A DNA stretch of 64,000 bases, from positions 119,272 through 183,271 of the forward strand of contig CALHAI010000005.1 in assembly GCA_937934295.1 (NCBI GenBank), given 5' to 3'. Position numbers and translations under genes: made by a program. Shown piece by piece: positions 8,081-17,670 of the stretch (its first letter is position 1; each line of letters begins with the position of its first letter). The DNA comes from an uncultured Blastocatellia bacterium (GTDB lineage Bacteria > Acidobacteriota > Blastocatellia > HR10). Below the pieces are notes generated by a model. It did not search any database, was not told the DNA's origin, and saw only the letters and a program-made list of their open reading frames with translations.

Positions 8081-9310
8081 TTATTTCTTCCCCTCCTTCG
8101 GCTCGACGTAGCTACGCCGGTGCTGGACTTCCAGGCGATCGTTATCGGGCTTGCCGTCGCCATCCACATCCACGAGAACCTGAATGCGGCGTCGTTTCCC
8201 CTCGCGACGAGGGTTCGTCGGCGTATAACCGAGCGTGTATTGCGTGCGCAGCATGACGGAGATGGATTCGAGCACCGAAGGCAAGGCACCCTGAAACCGG
8301 ACGCTGTAGAAGCGACCGCCGGTGACCTCGGCGAACGTCTTCAACGTGTTCTGCGCTTGCAAAAAGGTGAGACGCGATTCCGGCGGCAGCCGATGCTCGA
8401 GCAGAAGGTATGCCAACTCGCCAATGCCGATGGCATAGATGGGAACGCCCGCGTTCTCCACGATCTTGCGCGCCTCGTCGTAATTGATCTTGCTGAAGGT
8501 ATCGATCCCAATAGCGACGAGCAGAATGGCCGTGCGCCCCTCGATCTCCTCCAAGCCCGTATATTCGGCACCGTCCAGCTCTCCCCCCCGCAAGACGAAG
8601 TTCAAAGCATCGAAGAGATTGCTCTCGCTGAAAGCCGGATAGTTCCGAATGAGCACGTAGATGGCCTCGCGCAAGCGCGCCGGGCTATCGGTGAAATCCG
8701 TCAAGACAGCTGGTCGAATGTCGAAGGCGACGATGGCGATGTAATCGCCCGGTTTCACAAAGCGCGTCACAAAGAGCCCGGCCGGATTGATCACCTCCTC
8801 GCGGAACCATTCGATCTGCCGACTGTATTCGAGGAGCATCACGAGCGTGAGGGGCGACTCCTCGCCATTGAACGTCACGATCTCCTGTTTCACGCTGTCT
8901 TCCAGGACGGTGAAATTCTCCTTCCTCAATCCGGTGTATACGCGTCCCGTCTTCTTGTCGAAGACGACGACCGGTACGGTGACCAGATCGGCCTTAAGGC
9001 GAATGGGTTCGCCCTCGACCTGAACCGCTTTCTCCCGTCGAGTCGGAGGCTTCGGCTCCTGACCGGATGGCGCTGTCGAAGCCGCGGGCTTTTGTTCCTC
9101 GCCAGCAGGCTTCTCCGATGGAGGGGCTTGAGGCCGTTCGCGTCGCGGAGGGCGTCGGCCCGCTTGTTCACCCAACAGGGTTCCGCCTCCGGAAGGAGTG
9201 AAGAGGATGCCAACTAAGAACCCCACCAGGACGATCAGCGAGAGAAGTGACGTCCCACGCGATCCTCGGCTTCCCAGGGACGGTGTCGCGCTTCGTCGTA
9301 AGCTCATCAT
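8081..9310 (-). CDS. von Willebrand factor type A (VWA) domain protein, Acidobacterial-type VWFA-related
   Basis: GGAGG before the ATGATG start at 9310/9307. N-terminal TM/signal (LLSLIVLVGFLVGILF), a Pro/Lys/Glu-rich linker, then a VWA-like fold. The track ORF extends further upstream only because no in-frame stop occurs. Confidence 0.7.
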   Translation of the reverse strand: MMSLRRSATPSLGSRGSRGTSLLSLIVLVGFLVGILFTPSGGGTLLGEQAGRRPPRRERPQAPPSEKPAGEEQKPAASTAPSGQEPKPPTRREKAVQVEGEPIRLKADLVTVPVVVFDKKTGRVYTGLRKENFTVLEDSVKQEIVTFNGEESPLTLVMLLEYSRQIEWFREEVINPAGLFVTRFVKPGDYIAIVAFDIRPAVLTDFTDSPARLREAIYVLIRNYPAFSESNLFDALNFVLRGGELDGAEYTGLEEIEGRTAILLVAIGIDTFSKINYDEARKIVENAGVPIYAIGIGELAYLLLEHRLPPESRLTFLQAQNTLKTFAEVTGGRFYSVRFQGALPSVLESISVMLRTQYTLGYTPTNPRREGKRRRIQVLVDVDGDGKPDNDRLEVQHRRSYVEPKEGKK

Positions 9311-9452
9311 GGGTTCCTCCGCCGCCATAATGCTACCACCCCCGCATGGGTGCGGCAAGCAGCGAGGGCATGCTTGACTTCCAAATCCGCTCCATGCCAC
9401 TATCGGGTGCTTCGGACACGCGCGAGGTTGCCTGAGGGGGGATGCGAAGGCC

Positions 9453-10733
9453 ATGAAGGTGTTCGTCATCGGATCGGGGGGACGCGAGCATGCGATCGCA
9501 TGGACGCTGGCTCGAAGCGCGAGTGTCAGAGAGATCGTCGCGGCGCCGGGGAATGGGGGCCTGGCCGAGATCGCTCGCTGCGTGCACGCCGATGTCGGCG
9601 ATCCGGGCGAGCTGGCAGATGTAGCCGAGGCCGAAGGCGTTGCTTTGACATTCGTCGGCCCGGAGTTGCCATTGGTCCTTGGTGTCGCGGATGAGTTCTC
9701 CCGGCGTGGGCTCAAGATCATCGGCCCGGATGCGCGTGCGGCTCGCCTGGAAGGGAGCAAGGCCTTCGCCAAGGAATTCATGGCGCGGCACGGTATTCCG
9801 ACGGCGCGGTTCACGATCTGCGACTCCGCGGCCGAAGCTCGCCGCGCGATCGCTTCTCGGCGGTTCGACTTCCCCGTGGTGATCAAAGCGGACGGACTAG
9901 CCGCCGGGAAAGGCGTAAGTCTCGCGCATACGCATGAAGAGGCCGAGGCCACGATTGAGCGGCTCATGGTCGAGAGGGCGCTTGGAGCGGCGGGCGAGCG
10001 CGTCGTTCTGGAAGAATGCTTGATCGGGCGCGAATGCAGTTTCCTGCTCGTCACCGATGGGGAATTCGTCGTGCCATTGCCTCCGGCGCAAGATTACAAG
10101 CGCGCGTATGATGGCGATCAGGGGCCGAACACCGGCGGCATGGGGGCGATCTCCACGCCGCATCTTCTCGATGAGACCACCCATGAGCGCATCCTGAGGG
10201 AGATCGCTTGGCCGACGGTCCGCGCGGCGGCTCAAGAAGGCTTCCCCTATCGGGGGGTCCTCTACATCGGCCTTATGCTCACACCGAAAGGCCCGCACGT
10301 GCTCGAATACAACGTCCGCTTGGGCGACCCGGAAGCGCAAGCGATCCTACCGCGATTGGAGAGCGATCTGCTGGAGATCGGCGAAGCGCTCTTGGCTGGC
10401 GAACTCTCCCGCGTTCGCCTTCGATGGCGTGAGGATTCGACGGTCTGTCTGGTCCTGGCATCAGGCGGATACCCGGGGACCTACCAGACCGGCCACCCCA
10501 TCCGAGGCTTGGGGGAGGTGCGACGTCTTCCAGAGGTCATGGTCTTCCACGCCGGGACAACGCGCGCGCCCGATGGATCGTTCCTCACAGCCGGCGGTCG
10601 CGTCCTCAACATCGTCGCGCGCGGTCGCACCCTCGCGGAAGCGCGCCAGCGCGCTTACGCAGCCGCTTCGCTCATCACCTTCGAGCAGATGCACTACCGG
10701 CGCGATATCGGCGCGGAATGGACGCCGACGTGA
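9453..10733 (+). CDS. purD: phosphoribosylamine--glycine ligase
   Basis: MKVFVIGSGGREHAIAWTLARS... with ATP-grasp motifs. Full-length 426 aa. Confidence 0.9.
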   Translation: MKVFVIGSGGREHAIAWTLARSASVREIVAAPGNGGLAEIARCVHADVGDPGELADVAEAEGVALTFVGPELPLVLGVADEFSRRGLKIIGPDARAARLEGSKAFAKEFMARHGIPTARFTICDSAAEARRAIASRRFDFPVVIKADGLAAGKGVSLAHTHEEAEATIERLMVERALGAAGERVVLEECLIGRECSFLLVTDGEFVVPLPPAQDYKRAYDGDQGPNTGGMGAISTPHLLDETTHERILREIAWPTVRAAAQEGFPYRGVLYIGLMLTPKGPHVLEYNVRLGDPEAQAILPRLESDLLEIGEALLAGELSRVRLRWREDSTVCLVLASGGYPGTYQTGHPIRGLGEVRRLPEVMVFHAGTTRAPDGSFLTAGGRVLNIVARGRTLAEARQRAYAAASLITFEQMHYRRDIGAEWTPT

Positions 10734-10871
10734 GTCTGATCTCGTGGAAGAAGGGCGATTTCATACGCATGACCAGCGCCCGGAAGGGCGCCCAATCCGA
10801 GCATCGGACCGGGCTTGAAACCCCCTTCTGATCGGCGCGCTAGAAACTGAGCGCCGCTCGCAGAGTGATCG

Positions 10872-10893
10872 TTCGATTCCCGGTCGGGGCTCC
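10872..10893 (+). other. tRNA 3'-end-like fragment (T-loop TTCGATT + T-stem 3' CCCGG + acceptor 3' strand TCGGGGC + T + CC) with no matching 5' half
   Basis: Sequence ttcgattcccggtcggggctcc. The upstream sequence does not supply complementary T-stem or acceptor 5' strands, so this is not a complete tRNA. It may be an att-site or tRNA remnant. Confidence 0.35.
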
Positions 10894-11115
10894 GATCGCG
10901 TTGAATGCTTTGGGATGGCTCTTCAGTTTCGCTCTCGCCCGCCGTGTTGTCTTGAACGGTCTGAGGGGGAAACTCTTCGGACTCCGCCTAGTGGGAATGT
11001 GGGTGACCCACAGCATGTCAACGAACAGGGAGACGCGGGCCGCGGTGGGGTATGACCTTTTCTGAATTCGTCCCAAACCGAAGCTGGCGCCGAGATCTCG
11101 ATAAAAAGAGGCGGG

Positions 11116-12105
11116 TCACCGTCGCTGGGAGAAGCGTTCTGCTCGCCGCTTGAGGGTATGGGCGTACAAGAGGCGCGAGATCTCGGCGATGAGCCGGTTG
11201 GCGTTCCGCTCCTCGGCCACCCCGCGCGTGAGCACGACAAGCACGTAGGGTGGACCGAAGGGCGGATAGATGATCCCCGCATCGTGCGCGATTCGAGTGA
11301 TCGCTCCCGTTTTATGCGCCACGCGCACGTCCGCGGGCAGATCGGCCGGAATGCCGTCGTGGAATTCCTGATCGAGCAGAATTCGCACCATCGCCTCGCA
11401 GCTCTCGCGCGAGATGACGTGTCCTTCGAGAAGGTGCCGGAAGATCACAAGCAGCGCGCGCGCCGTCGTCGTATTATTGAGCCCGCGCTCGAAGGCTTTG
11501 CGATCCTCCACGCCTCGAAGCACGCGCATCTCATCGGCGCCTAATTCGCGCATCAGCTCTTGGACGCGCGCGGCCGTGACCCGCTCGATGAGGAGGTTCG
11601 TCGCCAGGTTGCTGCTCCGCACGATCATGGCGCGCACCAGTTCGCGGATCGTCACCGCGTGCCCGATCTTCTCATAGAGCGCGGGATCGGAATCGCTCTC
11701 CGCTGCGAGAGCGAACGCGCTGCCATCGGCGAGGCTTCGGAACTCGTTCTTGACGATGAGGCGATCATCGAGAGCGAGTCGCCCTTCTTGCGCCTGCCGG
11801 AAGACCTCCATCATCACCGGCACCTTCATCAGGCTCGCCGCATGGAACGATTCGTCCGCGCGAAGGAGTAGCTCCTCCCCGGTCATGGGATCGAAATAGG
11901 CGACGGCGACGGCCTCCGCGCCGCTGGCGGCGATCACTTCCATAAGGCGCGCCCTCACGTCAGCTTGATGAAAGAGGGTCAAGGGGGGACCCAGAGCTCC
12001 CAACAGCAGGAGAGCGATCACGCGCCGCCCAGCTCGCGAATCGGACGCGGCTCCGAAATGACGCACGGAAGAACCTCCCCCCTCACGTTCTTGCCGATCC
12101 GCCAC
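11116..12105 (-). CDS. serine hydrolase, class A beta-lactamase-like (SxxK, SxN, KTG motifs), secreted
   Basis: Signal peptide RRVIALLLLGALGPP. Motifs SLMK, SSN and HKTG at class-A-like spacing. Confidence 0.75.
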   Translation of the reverse strand: MADRQEREGGGSSVRHFGAASDSRAGRRVIALLLLGALGPPLTLFHQADVRARLMEVIAASGAEAVAVAYFDPMTGEELLLRADESFHAASLMKVPVMMEVFRQAQEGRLALDDRLIVKNEFRSLADGSAFALAAESDSDPALYEKIGHAVTIRELVRAMIVRSSNLATNLLIERVTAARVQELMRELGADEMRVLRGVEDRKAFERGLNNTTTARALLVIFRHLLEGHVISRESCEAMVRILLDQEFHDGIPADLPADVRVAHKTGAITRIAHDAGIIYPPFGPPYVLVVLTRGVAEERNANRLIAEISRLLYAHTLKRRAERFSQRR

Positions 12106-12316
12106 CGCTCAGAGGCCTTTTCGACAGGGGGGAGTGTACCACTTGTCCAAGGTATTCGTCAACGCTCCCCGCTCTCGCGCGAGGCCTCCCATACCCTTCT
12201 TTCGGGTACTCCCGCTATCCACTTTGTGCTAAACTATGCTGGCGAGTCCATCGTATGAGGGATCAAAGGGTCTCCGTATACGAGGCCCACGAAGCCTTAG
12301 GGAGGCAGAGGCGACA

Positions 12317-13084
12317 ATGTGGCAACGACTCAAACGGCTCTTACGAGCCATCTTCGGAGGGCTCATCGAACGAGCGGAGGATCCGGAGCTGATCCTGCAG
12401 CAGGTCATCCGCGATATGCGCGACAAGCTCCCTCAGATGAACGAGAACGTCGCCCAGGTCATGGCCACGCAAAAGCTCCTGGAGAAGGAGGTCGCAACTC
12501 TAGAGCGAGAGATCACCGAGTTCGATGCTAAGATCCGCGCCGCCATCAAGCAGGGACGAGATGATCTCGCGACGGCTTTCATCAGCGCGTTGCAGGAGAA
12601 ACAGGTCGCTCTGGAGCGTTCGCGTCAGCAATTGGAGGCCGCACGCCGCGCTTCGGAGCAAGCGATCCGTTTCCGCGACAACTACATCCTGCAGCTCAAG
12701 AAGCGACAGCAAGAAGCCATGCAATTGATCGCCGAGCATCGCCGCGCCCGCATTCAGGAGCAACTGGCGCAGACGATGGCGAGCTTTCAGCTCGGCGATG
12801 AAGCGGGGACGTTCGAGGAGATGCGGGAGAAAGTCGCGCGGCGCGCGGCGGCCGCTGAGGCGAAGATGGAATTGGCGGCCACGGGCGTCGAGAGCCAGAT
12901 CGTGGAGATCGAGAAGGAAGCGCTCTCGATGCAGGTCCAGGATATGCTGATCGCTTACAAGCGGCAGATGGGCTTGCTGCCTGAAGTTCCGGCCCCGGAG
13001 ACGGCTGCGCTCCCGGAGAAGACGCTCGGACCAGCCGAAGAGGAAGCGACGCGCTCTGAGCCGCTGAAGACCACCGAAGGATGA
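12317..13084 (+). CDS. pspA: PspA/IM30 (Vipp1) family protein
   Basis: GGAGG before the ATG at 12317. MWQRLKRLLRAIFGGLIERAEDPELILQQVIRDM... is the canonical PspA N-terminus, followed by long coiled coils. Confidence 0.85.
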   Translation: MWQRLKRLLRAIFGGLIERAEDPELILQQVIRDMRDKLPQMNENVAQVMATQKLLEKEVATLEREITEFDAKIRAAIKQGRDDLATAFISALQEKQVALERSRQQLEAARRASEQAIRFRDNYILQLKKRQQEAMQLIAEHRRARIQEQLAQTMASFQLGDEAGTFEEMREKVARRAAAAEAKMELAATGVESQIVEIEKEALSMQVQDMLIAYKRQMGLLPEVPAPETAALPEKTLGPAEEEATRSEPLKTTEG

Positions 13085-13100
13085 GTCGAATCCGGCACAC

Positions 13101-13118
13101 TGCTGCGCGCGCAGTTTT
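13101..13118 (+). terminator. rho-independent terminator after pspA (palindrome CTGCGCGCGCAG + TTTT)
   Basis: 12-nt perfect GC palindrome (13103-13114) followed by TTTT (13115-13118), 17 nt after the pspA stop. Confidence 0.55.
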
Positions 13119-13205
13119 CCTTCAGCCCGGGCAGTCCCTGGGCGCCTCAAGGGACGGCCGGAAGCTTCGCCGCGCTTGGCGGTGAAGACGCATGGGGATC
13201 TCACG

Positions 13206-14024
13206 ATGCCGAGAAAAATCGCTTACGTCTGGGAAGCGCTCAAAGAGCCGGTGAACCTCTGGGCGATCGTCGGCGTGCTCGCCGCCGCCATTTATGCCCC
13301 TCCGCCTCTGGAGCACATCATCCTGCTCGGCGGGGCTGTGGCCGAGGCCCTTTACCTGATGACGGTGCCGGCGACGACCGCGTATCAACGCCTGGTGGAG
13401 CGCCGGCAGCGGCAGCGCGCGACCTTGGAACGCCAACGGGCTCGCGAGGAGCTGATCAAGTCCTTCGACCCGCGCGAGCGAGAGGCTGTCGAATATCTTC
13501 GCTGGCTGAAGAAGCAGATCTACGCCAACTACATGCGCTTCACCCGCTCCAAGGATGTGCCCGCCGATATTCGCACGCTCGATGCCATGTGGGAGCGCTT
13601 CGTGGATTTCCTCGACCTCTATCGCCGCTGCAAGACACACCTTCGAGCGTTCAATCGTCAAGCCATCGCGAACCAGATCGCGCAGGCGGAGCGCCAGGTG
13701 GCCTCGGCCGATGAGAAGGCCCGCAAGGTGATCGAGAACAACCTGAACATCTTGCGCGCGCGCATGGCGGAATATGAGAGCATCGAACGGGCCACGAAGC
13801 TTCTCGAAGCGCAGCTTCAAACGATCGAGAACTTCTTTGGGTTGGTCAACGATAAAGTCATGACGATGTCCTCAGTCGAGAGCATCGCGGCGCTCGATTT
13901 CGAATCGGTGCTCTCAAGCATCGAGATGACGCGCTCGGTCCTGGAGGAGACAGCGCCGATCATGAGCGCTCTGGAGGCCCTGGAGCGCGAGCAGGCGCCG
14001 CCGCTGACGCCCGAGCGCCCATAG
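13206..14024 (+). CDS. hypothetical membrane-anchored coiled-coil protein (PspA-neighbour)
   Basis: One or two N-terminal hydrophobic helices, then ~200 aa of heptad-rich charged helix. No recognisable catalytic motif. The track start at 13176 is possibly too early. Confidence 0.5.
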   Translation: MPRKIAYVWEALKEPVNLWAIVGVLAAAIYAPPPLEHIILLGGAVAEALYLMTVPATTAYQRLVERRQRQRATLERQRAREELIKSFDPREREAVEYLRWLKKQIYANYMRFTRSKDVPADIRTLDAMWERFVDFLDLYRRCKTHLRAFNRQAIANQIAQAERQVASADEKARKVIENNLNILRARMAEYESIERATKLLEAQLQTIENFFGLVNDKVMTMSSVESIAALDFESVLSSIEMTRSVLEETAPIMSALEALEREQAPPLTPERP

Positions 14025-14028
14025 CGTC

Positions 14029-15744
14029 ATGTCGCGATCGAAGCCTTTCCTCTCGCTCGAGGAGATCGCGCGCCTGCCGCGTTGGGCGGGCGAGCTGGCG
14101 CGGAGGTATTACGCTGGCGAAGCGAGCCATTTCCTCCTCCATCACAACATCTTCGACCTCATCCCGGCGAACGGCCAATATGTGGATCTGCGCACCTTCT
14201 TGCAGCGGAAGCTGCTCGGGAACAAGAACGTCGTCTTCTACAATCGAAGCGCAGGGATCACCTTCAGCTCCTCGGAGGTGGAGCGCCAATTCCTCGCCCA
14301 CGCGCGCGTGGCCGATCCGCTCCTCAGCCGCGAGGTCCTGCGGGCGCTCCCGCGAGAGCCGAGTCGCGCTCTCCCGCTCATCGAGCGCTACCTCTTTCAC
14401 GGCGATCAGGTCGCCGTCATCCTCACCTTCCTGGAGACGCTGGTCCCAGCCGGGGAGATCGGATACCTGAATGGGGAGGATCGAAACACGCTCGTCACGC
14501 TGCAACGTTGGATCACCAGCTCGCGCTTGCTGCATTCGGACAACATCGTCATCCTCATCGCCGAGAGCCTCGCCGATGTCAATGCGCGCCTTCGGCAGAA
14601 TTCCCGTCTGGTGACGATCGAGATCCCTTATCCCGATGAAGCCGAGCGCTTCGACTTCATCCGCCACTTCCGCACGCACTATCCCCACGTGAAGATGGAA
14701 ATGGACGAGCGCCGACTCGCGCAACTCACTTCGGGCTTGAATTGCGTCCACCTCAGCGCGCTCTTGCGGAGCGCGCACTTGGACGCGCGCGGATTGACCT
14801 TCGAGGCCGTCCGATTGAAGAAGAAAGCGATCATCGAGAGCGAATGCTTCGGACTCATCGAACTCGTGACGCCAGAGCATGGGCTGGAGAGCGTCGGCGG
14901 GATGAAGAGCGCGAAAGACTTCCTCCGCAGCATCGCCGAAACGATCCGGCAAGGCCGGTGGGAGGAAGCGCCGATGGGCCTCCTCATCTCCGGGCCCGTC
15001 GGGACGGGGAAGACGTTCCTGGCCGAATGCTTCGCGAAAGATTGTGGGTTGAACGTCGTCGAGTTCAAGAATTTTCGCGAGAAGTGGGTGGGCTCGACCG
15101 AGGCGAACCTGGAGAAGATCCTCAGCTTACTGCAGACGCTGGCGCCGATCGTCGTGCTCATTGATGAAGCCGATGCCGCACTGGGGACGCGGCGCACCGA
15201 AGGCGACAGCGGCGTGAGCGCCCGCGTCTTCTCTCGGATCGCGAGCGCGATGGGCGATACGCGAAATCGAGGGCGCATCCTCTGGATCCTCATGACTTGT
15301 CGCCCAGATCTGCTCCCCATTGATTTGAAGCGGCAGGGTCGTTGCGAGGAGCACATCTCGCTCTTCTATCCGCAGAGCGAAGAGGAACGACTGGAGATCG
15401 TTCACGCCATGCTGCGGAAGAACATGATCCGGCATGCCATCGAGGATTGGTCGCCCATCACTCGGCATCCGCAGGAGCTCTCCGGCGCCGACATCGAATC
15501 CATGCTCATTCGCGCGCGCCGCTTGGCCCGACAAGCGCAGCGGGACGTCGTCCTCCCCGAAGACCTCGAACGCGTCGCCCGCGAATTCATTCCGGCACGC
15601 GATGAGCTGGCCCTGGAATACCAAACGCTCGTGGCGATCCTGGAAGCGACCTCGCGCGAGATGATTCCGCCGAAATACCGACACCTCTCCCCGACCGAGA
15701 TCAGCCGCCGCGTGGAAGAGCTGAAGATTCTCCTCGGCGAATGA
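14029..15744 (+). CDS. AAA+ ATPase (classical AAA clade; Walker A GPVGTGKT, Walker B VVLIDEADA, SRH TCRPDLL) with ~300-aa N-terminal domain
   Basis: Motifs read directly. Starts 5 nt after the upstream gene's stop. Confidence 0.85.
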   Translation: MSRSKPFLSLEEIARLPRWAGELARRYYAGEASHFLLHHNIFDLIPANGQYVDLRTFLQRKLLGNKNVVFYNRSAGITFSSSEVERQFLAHARVADPLLSREVLRALPREPSRALPLIERYLFHGDQVAVILTFLETLVPAGEIGYLNGEDRNTLVTLQRWITSSRLLHSDNIVILIAESLADVNARLRQNSRLVTIEIPYPDEAERFDFIRHFRTHYPHVKMEMDERRLAQLTSGLNCVHLSALLRSAHLDARGLTFEAVRLKKKAIIESECFGLIELVTPEHGLESVGGMKSAKDFLRSIAETIRQGRWEEAPMGLLISGPVGTGKTFLAECFAKDCGLNVVEFKNFREKWVGSTEANLEKILSLLQTLAPIVVLIDEADAALGTRRTEGDSGVSARVFSRIASAMGDTRNRGRILWILMTCRPDLLPIDLKRQGRCEEHISLFYPQSEEERLEIVHAMLRKNMIRHAIEDWSPITRHPQELSGADIESMLIRARRLARQAQRDVVLPEDLERVAREFIPARDELALEYQTLVAILEATSREMIPPKYRHLSPTEISRRVEELKILLGE

Positions 15745-15917
15745 GCGGCGAGGGCATCGTCGGCGTCCGAGCGGCTCCCGGGCGAGGATGAGGTGCTCGG
15801 CGCGATCCGTCGAGGCTTTCCATGATCTCCACCAAGGCTCCGCGCGCGGATGATCTCCTCGGTTGCTCTCGAACTCCCCTCAGCTTACAATGGGCCCCGA
15901 CGAAGGAGGGAAGGGCG

Positions 15918-17624
15918 ATGAGGAACATGGCGGTGATGAGCGCATTCTCGCTGAGCGTTCTGATGGGGATGCCCTTTTTCGCTTGGAAGAGGATCGAATC
16001 CGGCACCGCCGTTCAGGATCGATGGCAGGCGCGTTCGATGGTGATCTCGCGCCACGGCATCGTCGCGAGCGAACATCCGCTGGCGTCGCAAGTGGGCGCG
16101 ATGATCTTGGCGCGCGGAGGGCATGCTGTGGATGCCGCGATCGCGGCCAATGCCGTGATGGGGCTGGTCGCTCCGATGAGCAACGGGATTGGGGGCGATC
16201 TGTTCGCGCTCGTCTACGATGCACGAACCGGTCGGCTTCACGGATTGAATGCCAGCGGGTGGGCGCCATCGGGATTGACGATCGAAGACCTCAAACGCCA
16301 AGGGCATACGAGGATGCCCCAGCGCGGTGTCCACACGGTGACGGTCCCCGGGGCTGTAGACGGATGGGCGAAGCTGCACGCGCGCTTCGGACGCGCGAAA
16401 TGGGCCGACCTTTTCGCCGCAGCGATCCGCTATGCGGAGGAAGGCGTCCCCATCACGGAACTGGTCGCCGCGCTTTGGGCGGCCAACGAGCGCCTGCTGC
16501 GCCAGAACGAGTCGGCCGCGCGGACGTATCTGCCCGAAGGCCGCGCGCCGCGCGTCGGCGAGATCTTTCGCAATCCCGATCTCGCATGGAGCTATCGGCA
16601 GATCGCCGCGCACGGTCCTGACACCTTCTACAAGGGCGCGATCGCACGACGCCTGCTGGACACCCTTGGACGACATGGGGGGACGATGACGGCTGCCGAT
16701 CTCGCGGAGTTCTCCAGCGAATGGGTCGAACCGCTCTCGACGACGTATCGCGGGTGGACCGTCTACGAGCTTCCGCCGAATGGACAAGGCATCGCCGCCC
16801 TGATCATGCTGAACATCATGGAGCAATTCCCTCTGAGGGAATTCGGACAGAATTCGGCGTATGCCCTTCATGTCATGATCGAGGCGAAGAAACTCGCCTA
16901 CGCGGATCTGATCCGCTACGTCGCCGATCCGCGTTTCGCGCGCGTCCCCGTCTCCGGTCTTCTCTCGAAGGAGTACGCGCGCGAACGCGCTCGTCACATT
17001 GATCCCGCGAAAGCGCGTTGCGAGGTCGAACCTGGGAAGCCTGTGGACGTCGGGGATGAGACCGTGTACCTGAGCGTCGTGGATCGGGAGGGGAACATGG
17101 TCTCCCTCATCCAGAGCATCTACGAGAGCTTCGGGTCCGGACTCGTCGCCGAAGGGACGGGCTTCGCGTTGCAGAATCGCGGGGCGCTCTTCAGCTTCGA
17201 TCCGACGCATCCGAACGCTCTGGCGCCGAGAAAACGCCCCCTGCATACGATCATCCCCGCCCTCATGGAACGAGGGAGCGTGCGCATCGCCTTCGGCATC
17301 ATGGGCGGGTGGAATCAGGCGCAGGCGCACGCGCAGTTCGTCTCCCACGTTGTGGATCACGGGATGAACATCCAAGAGGCGCTCGAAGCCGCGCGCTTCA
17401 CCAAACGGACTTTCGGCGGCTGCGACGTGCAGATCGAAGCGCGCGTCCCCGAACGCGTGCGCGAGGAGCTTCAGGCTCTCGGCCATCAACTCCAGGTGCG
17501 CGGTGCCTACTCCTCGCAGATGGGGGGCGGACAGGCCGTCGCGCGGGATTTCACGACCGGGGTGAACTTCGGAGCTTCTGATCCGCGGAAAGATGGCGCC
17601 GCGGTTCCGGAACCGCCGCTATGA
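15918..17624 (+). CDS. ggt: gamma-glutamyltranspeptidase
   Basis: AAGGAGGG before the ATG at 15918. Signal peptide present. Conserved GGT regions (GGDLFALVYD, autoprocessing-site Thr region ...ETVYLSVVD..., GGWNQAQ). The track start at 15822 is probably too early. Confidence 0.85.
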   Translation: MRNMAVMSAFSLSVLMGMPFFAWKRIESGTAVQDRWQARSMVISRHGIVASEHPLASQVGAMILARGGHAVDAAIAANAVMGLVAPMSNGIGGDLFALVYDARTGRLHGLNASGWAPSGLTIEDLKRQGHTRMPQRGVHTVTVPGAVDGWAKLHARFGRAKWADLFAAAIRYAEEGVPITELVAALWAANERLLRQNESAARTYLPEGRAPRVGEIFRNPDLAWSYRQIAAHGPDTFYKGAIARRLLDTLGRHGGTMTAADLAEFSSEWVEPLSTTYRGWTVYELPPNGQGIAALIMLNIMEQFPLREFGQNSAYALHVMIEAKKLAYADLIRYVADPRFARVPVSGLLSKEYARERARHIDPAKARCEVEPGKPVDVGDETVYLSVVDREGNMVSLIQSIYESFGSGLVAEGTGFALQNRGALFSFDPTHPNALAPRKRPLHTIIPALMERGSVRIAFGIMGGWNQAQAHAQFVSHVVDHGMNIQEALEAARFTKRTFGGCDVQIEARVPERVREELQALGHQLQVRGAYSSQMGGGQAVARDFTTGVNFGASDPRKDGAAVPEPPL

Positions 17625-17670
17625 CGTCGTGCATGGGGCTCGGACTCCACGCCCCTGGAATCGAAGGGGA

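Noticed and set aside
8081-10054. Track ORF extending the VWA gene to 657 aa
   Set aside because: An upstream extension only because no in-frame stop occurs. The ATG with GGAGG at 9310 and the start of the signal peptide mark the real N-terminus, and the extension would overlap the purD promoter and start.
10740-11115. Complete tRNA gene in the purD-downstream gap
   Set aside because: Only the 3' ~22 nt of a tRNA are present (T-loop through acceptor 3' strand). No complementary 5' acceptor or T-stem, D-arm or anticodon arm could be folded by eye.
15885-17489. 534-aa minus-strand ORF antisense to ggt; likewise 17593..18960(+), 18809..19501(+), 20053..21703(+), 23494..25149(+), 26256..27518(+), 42215..44044(-), 46353..47882(-), 48641..49951(-), 51080..52249(-), 52289..53731(-), 54898..55995(-), 56192..57064(-), 59551..61335(-), 61620..62543(-)
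   Set aside because: All lie opposite genes with strong domain evidence. Their translations are dominated by Arg/Gly/Pro/Asp runs typical of antisense frames in GC-rich DNA.
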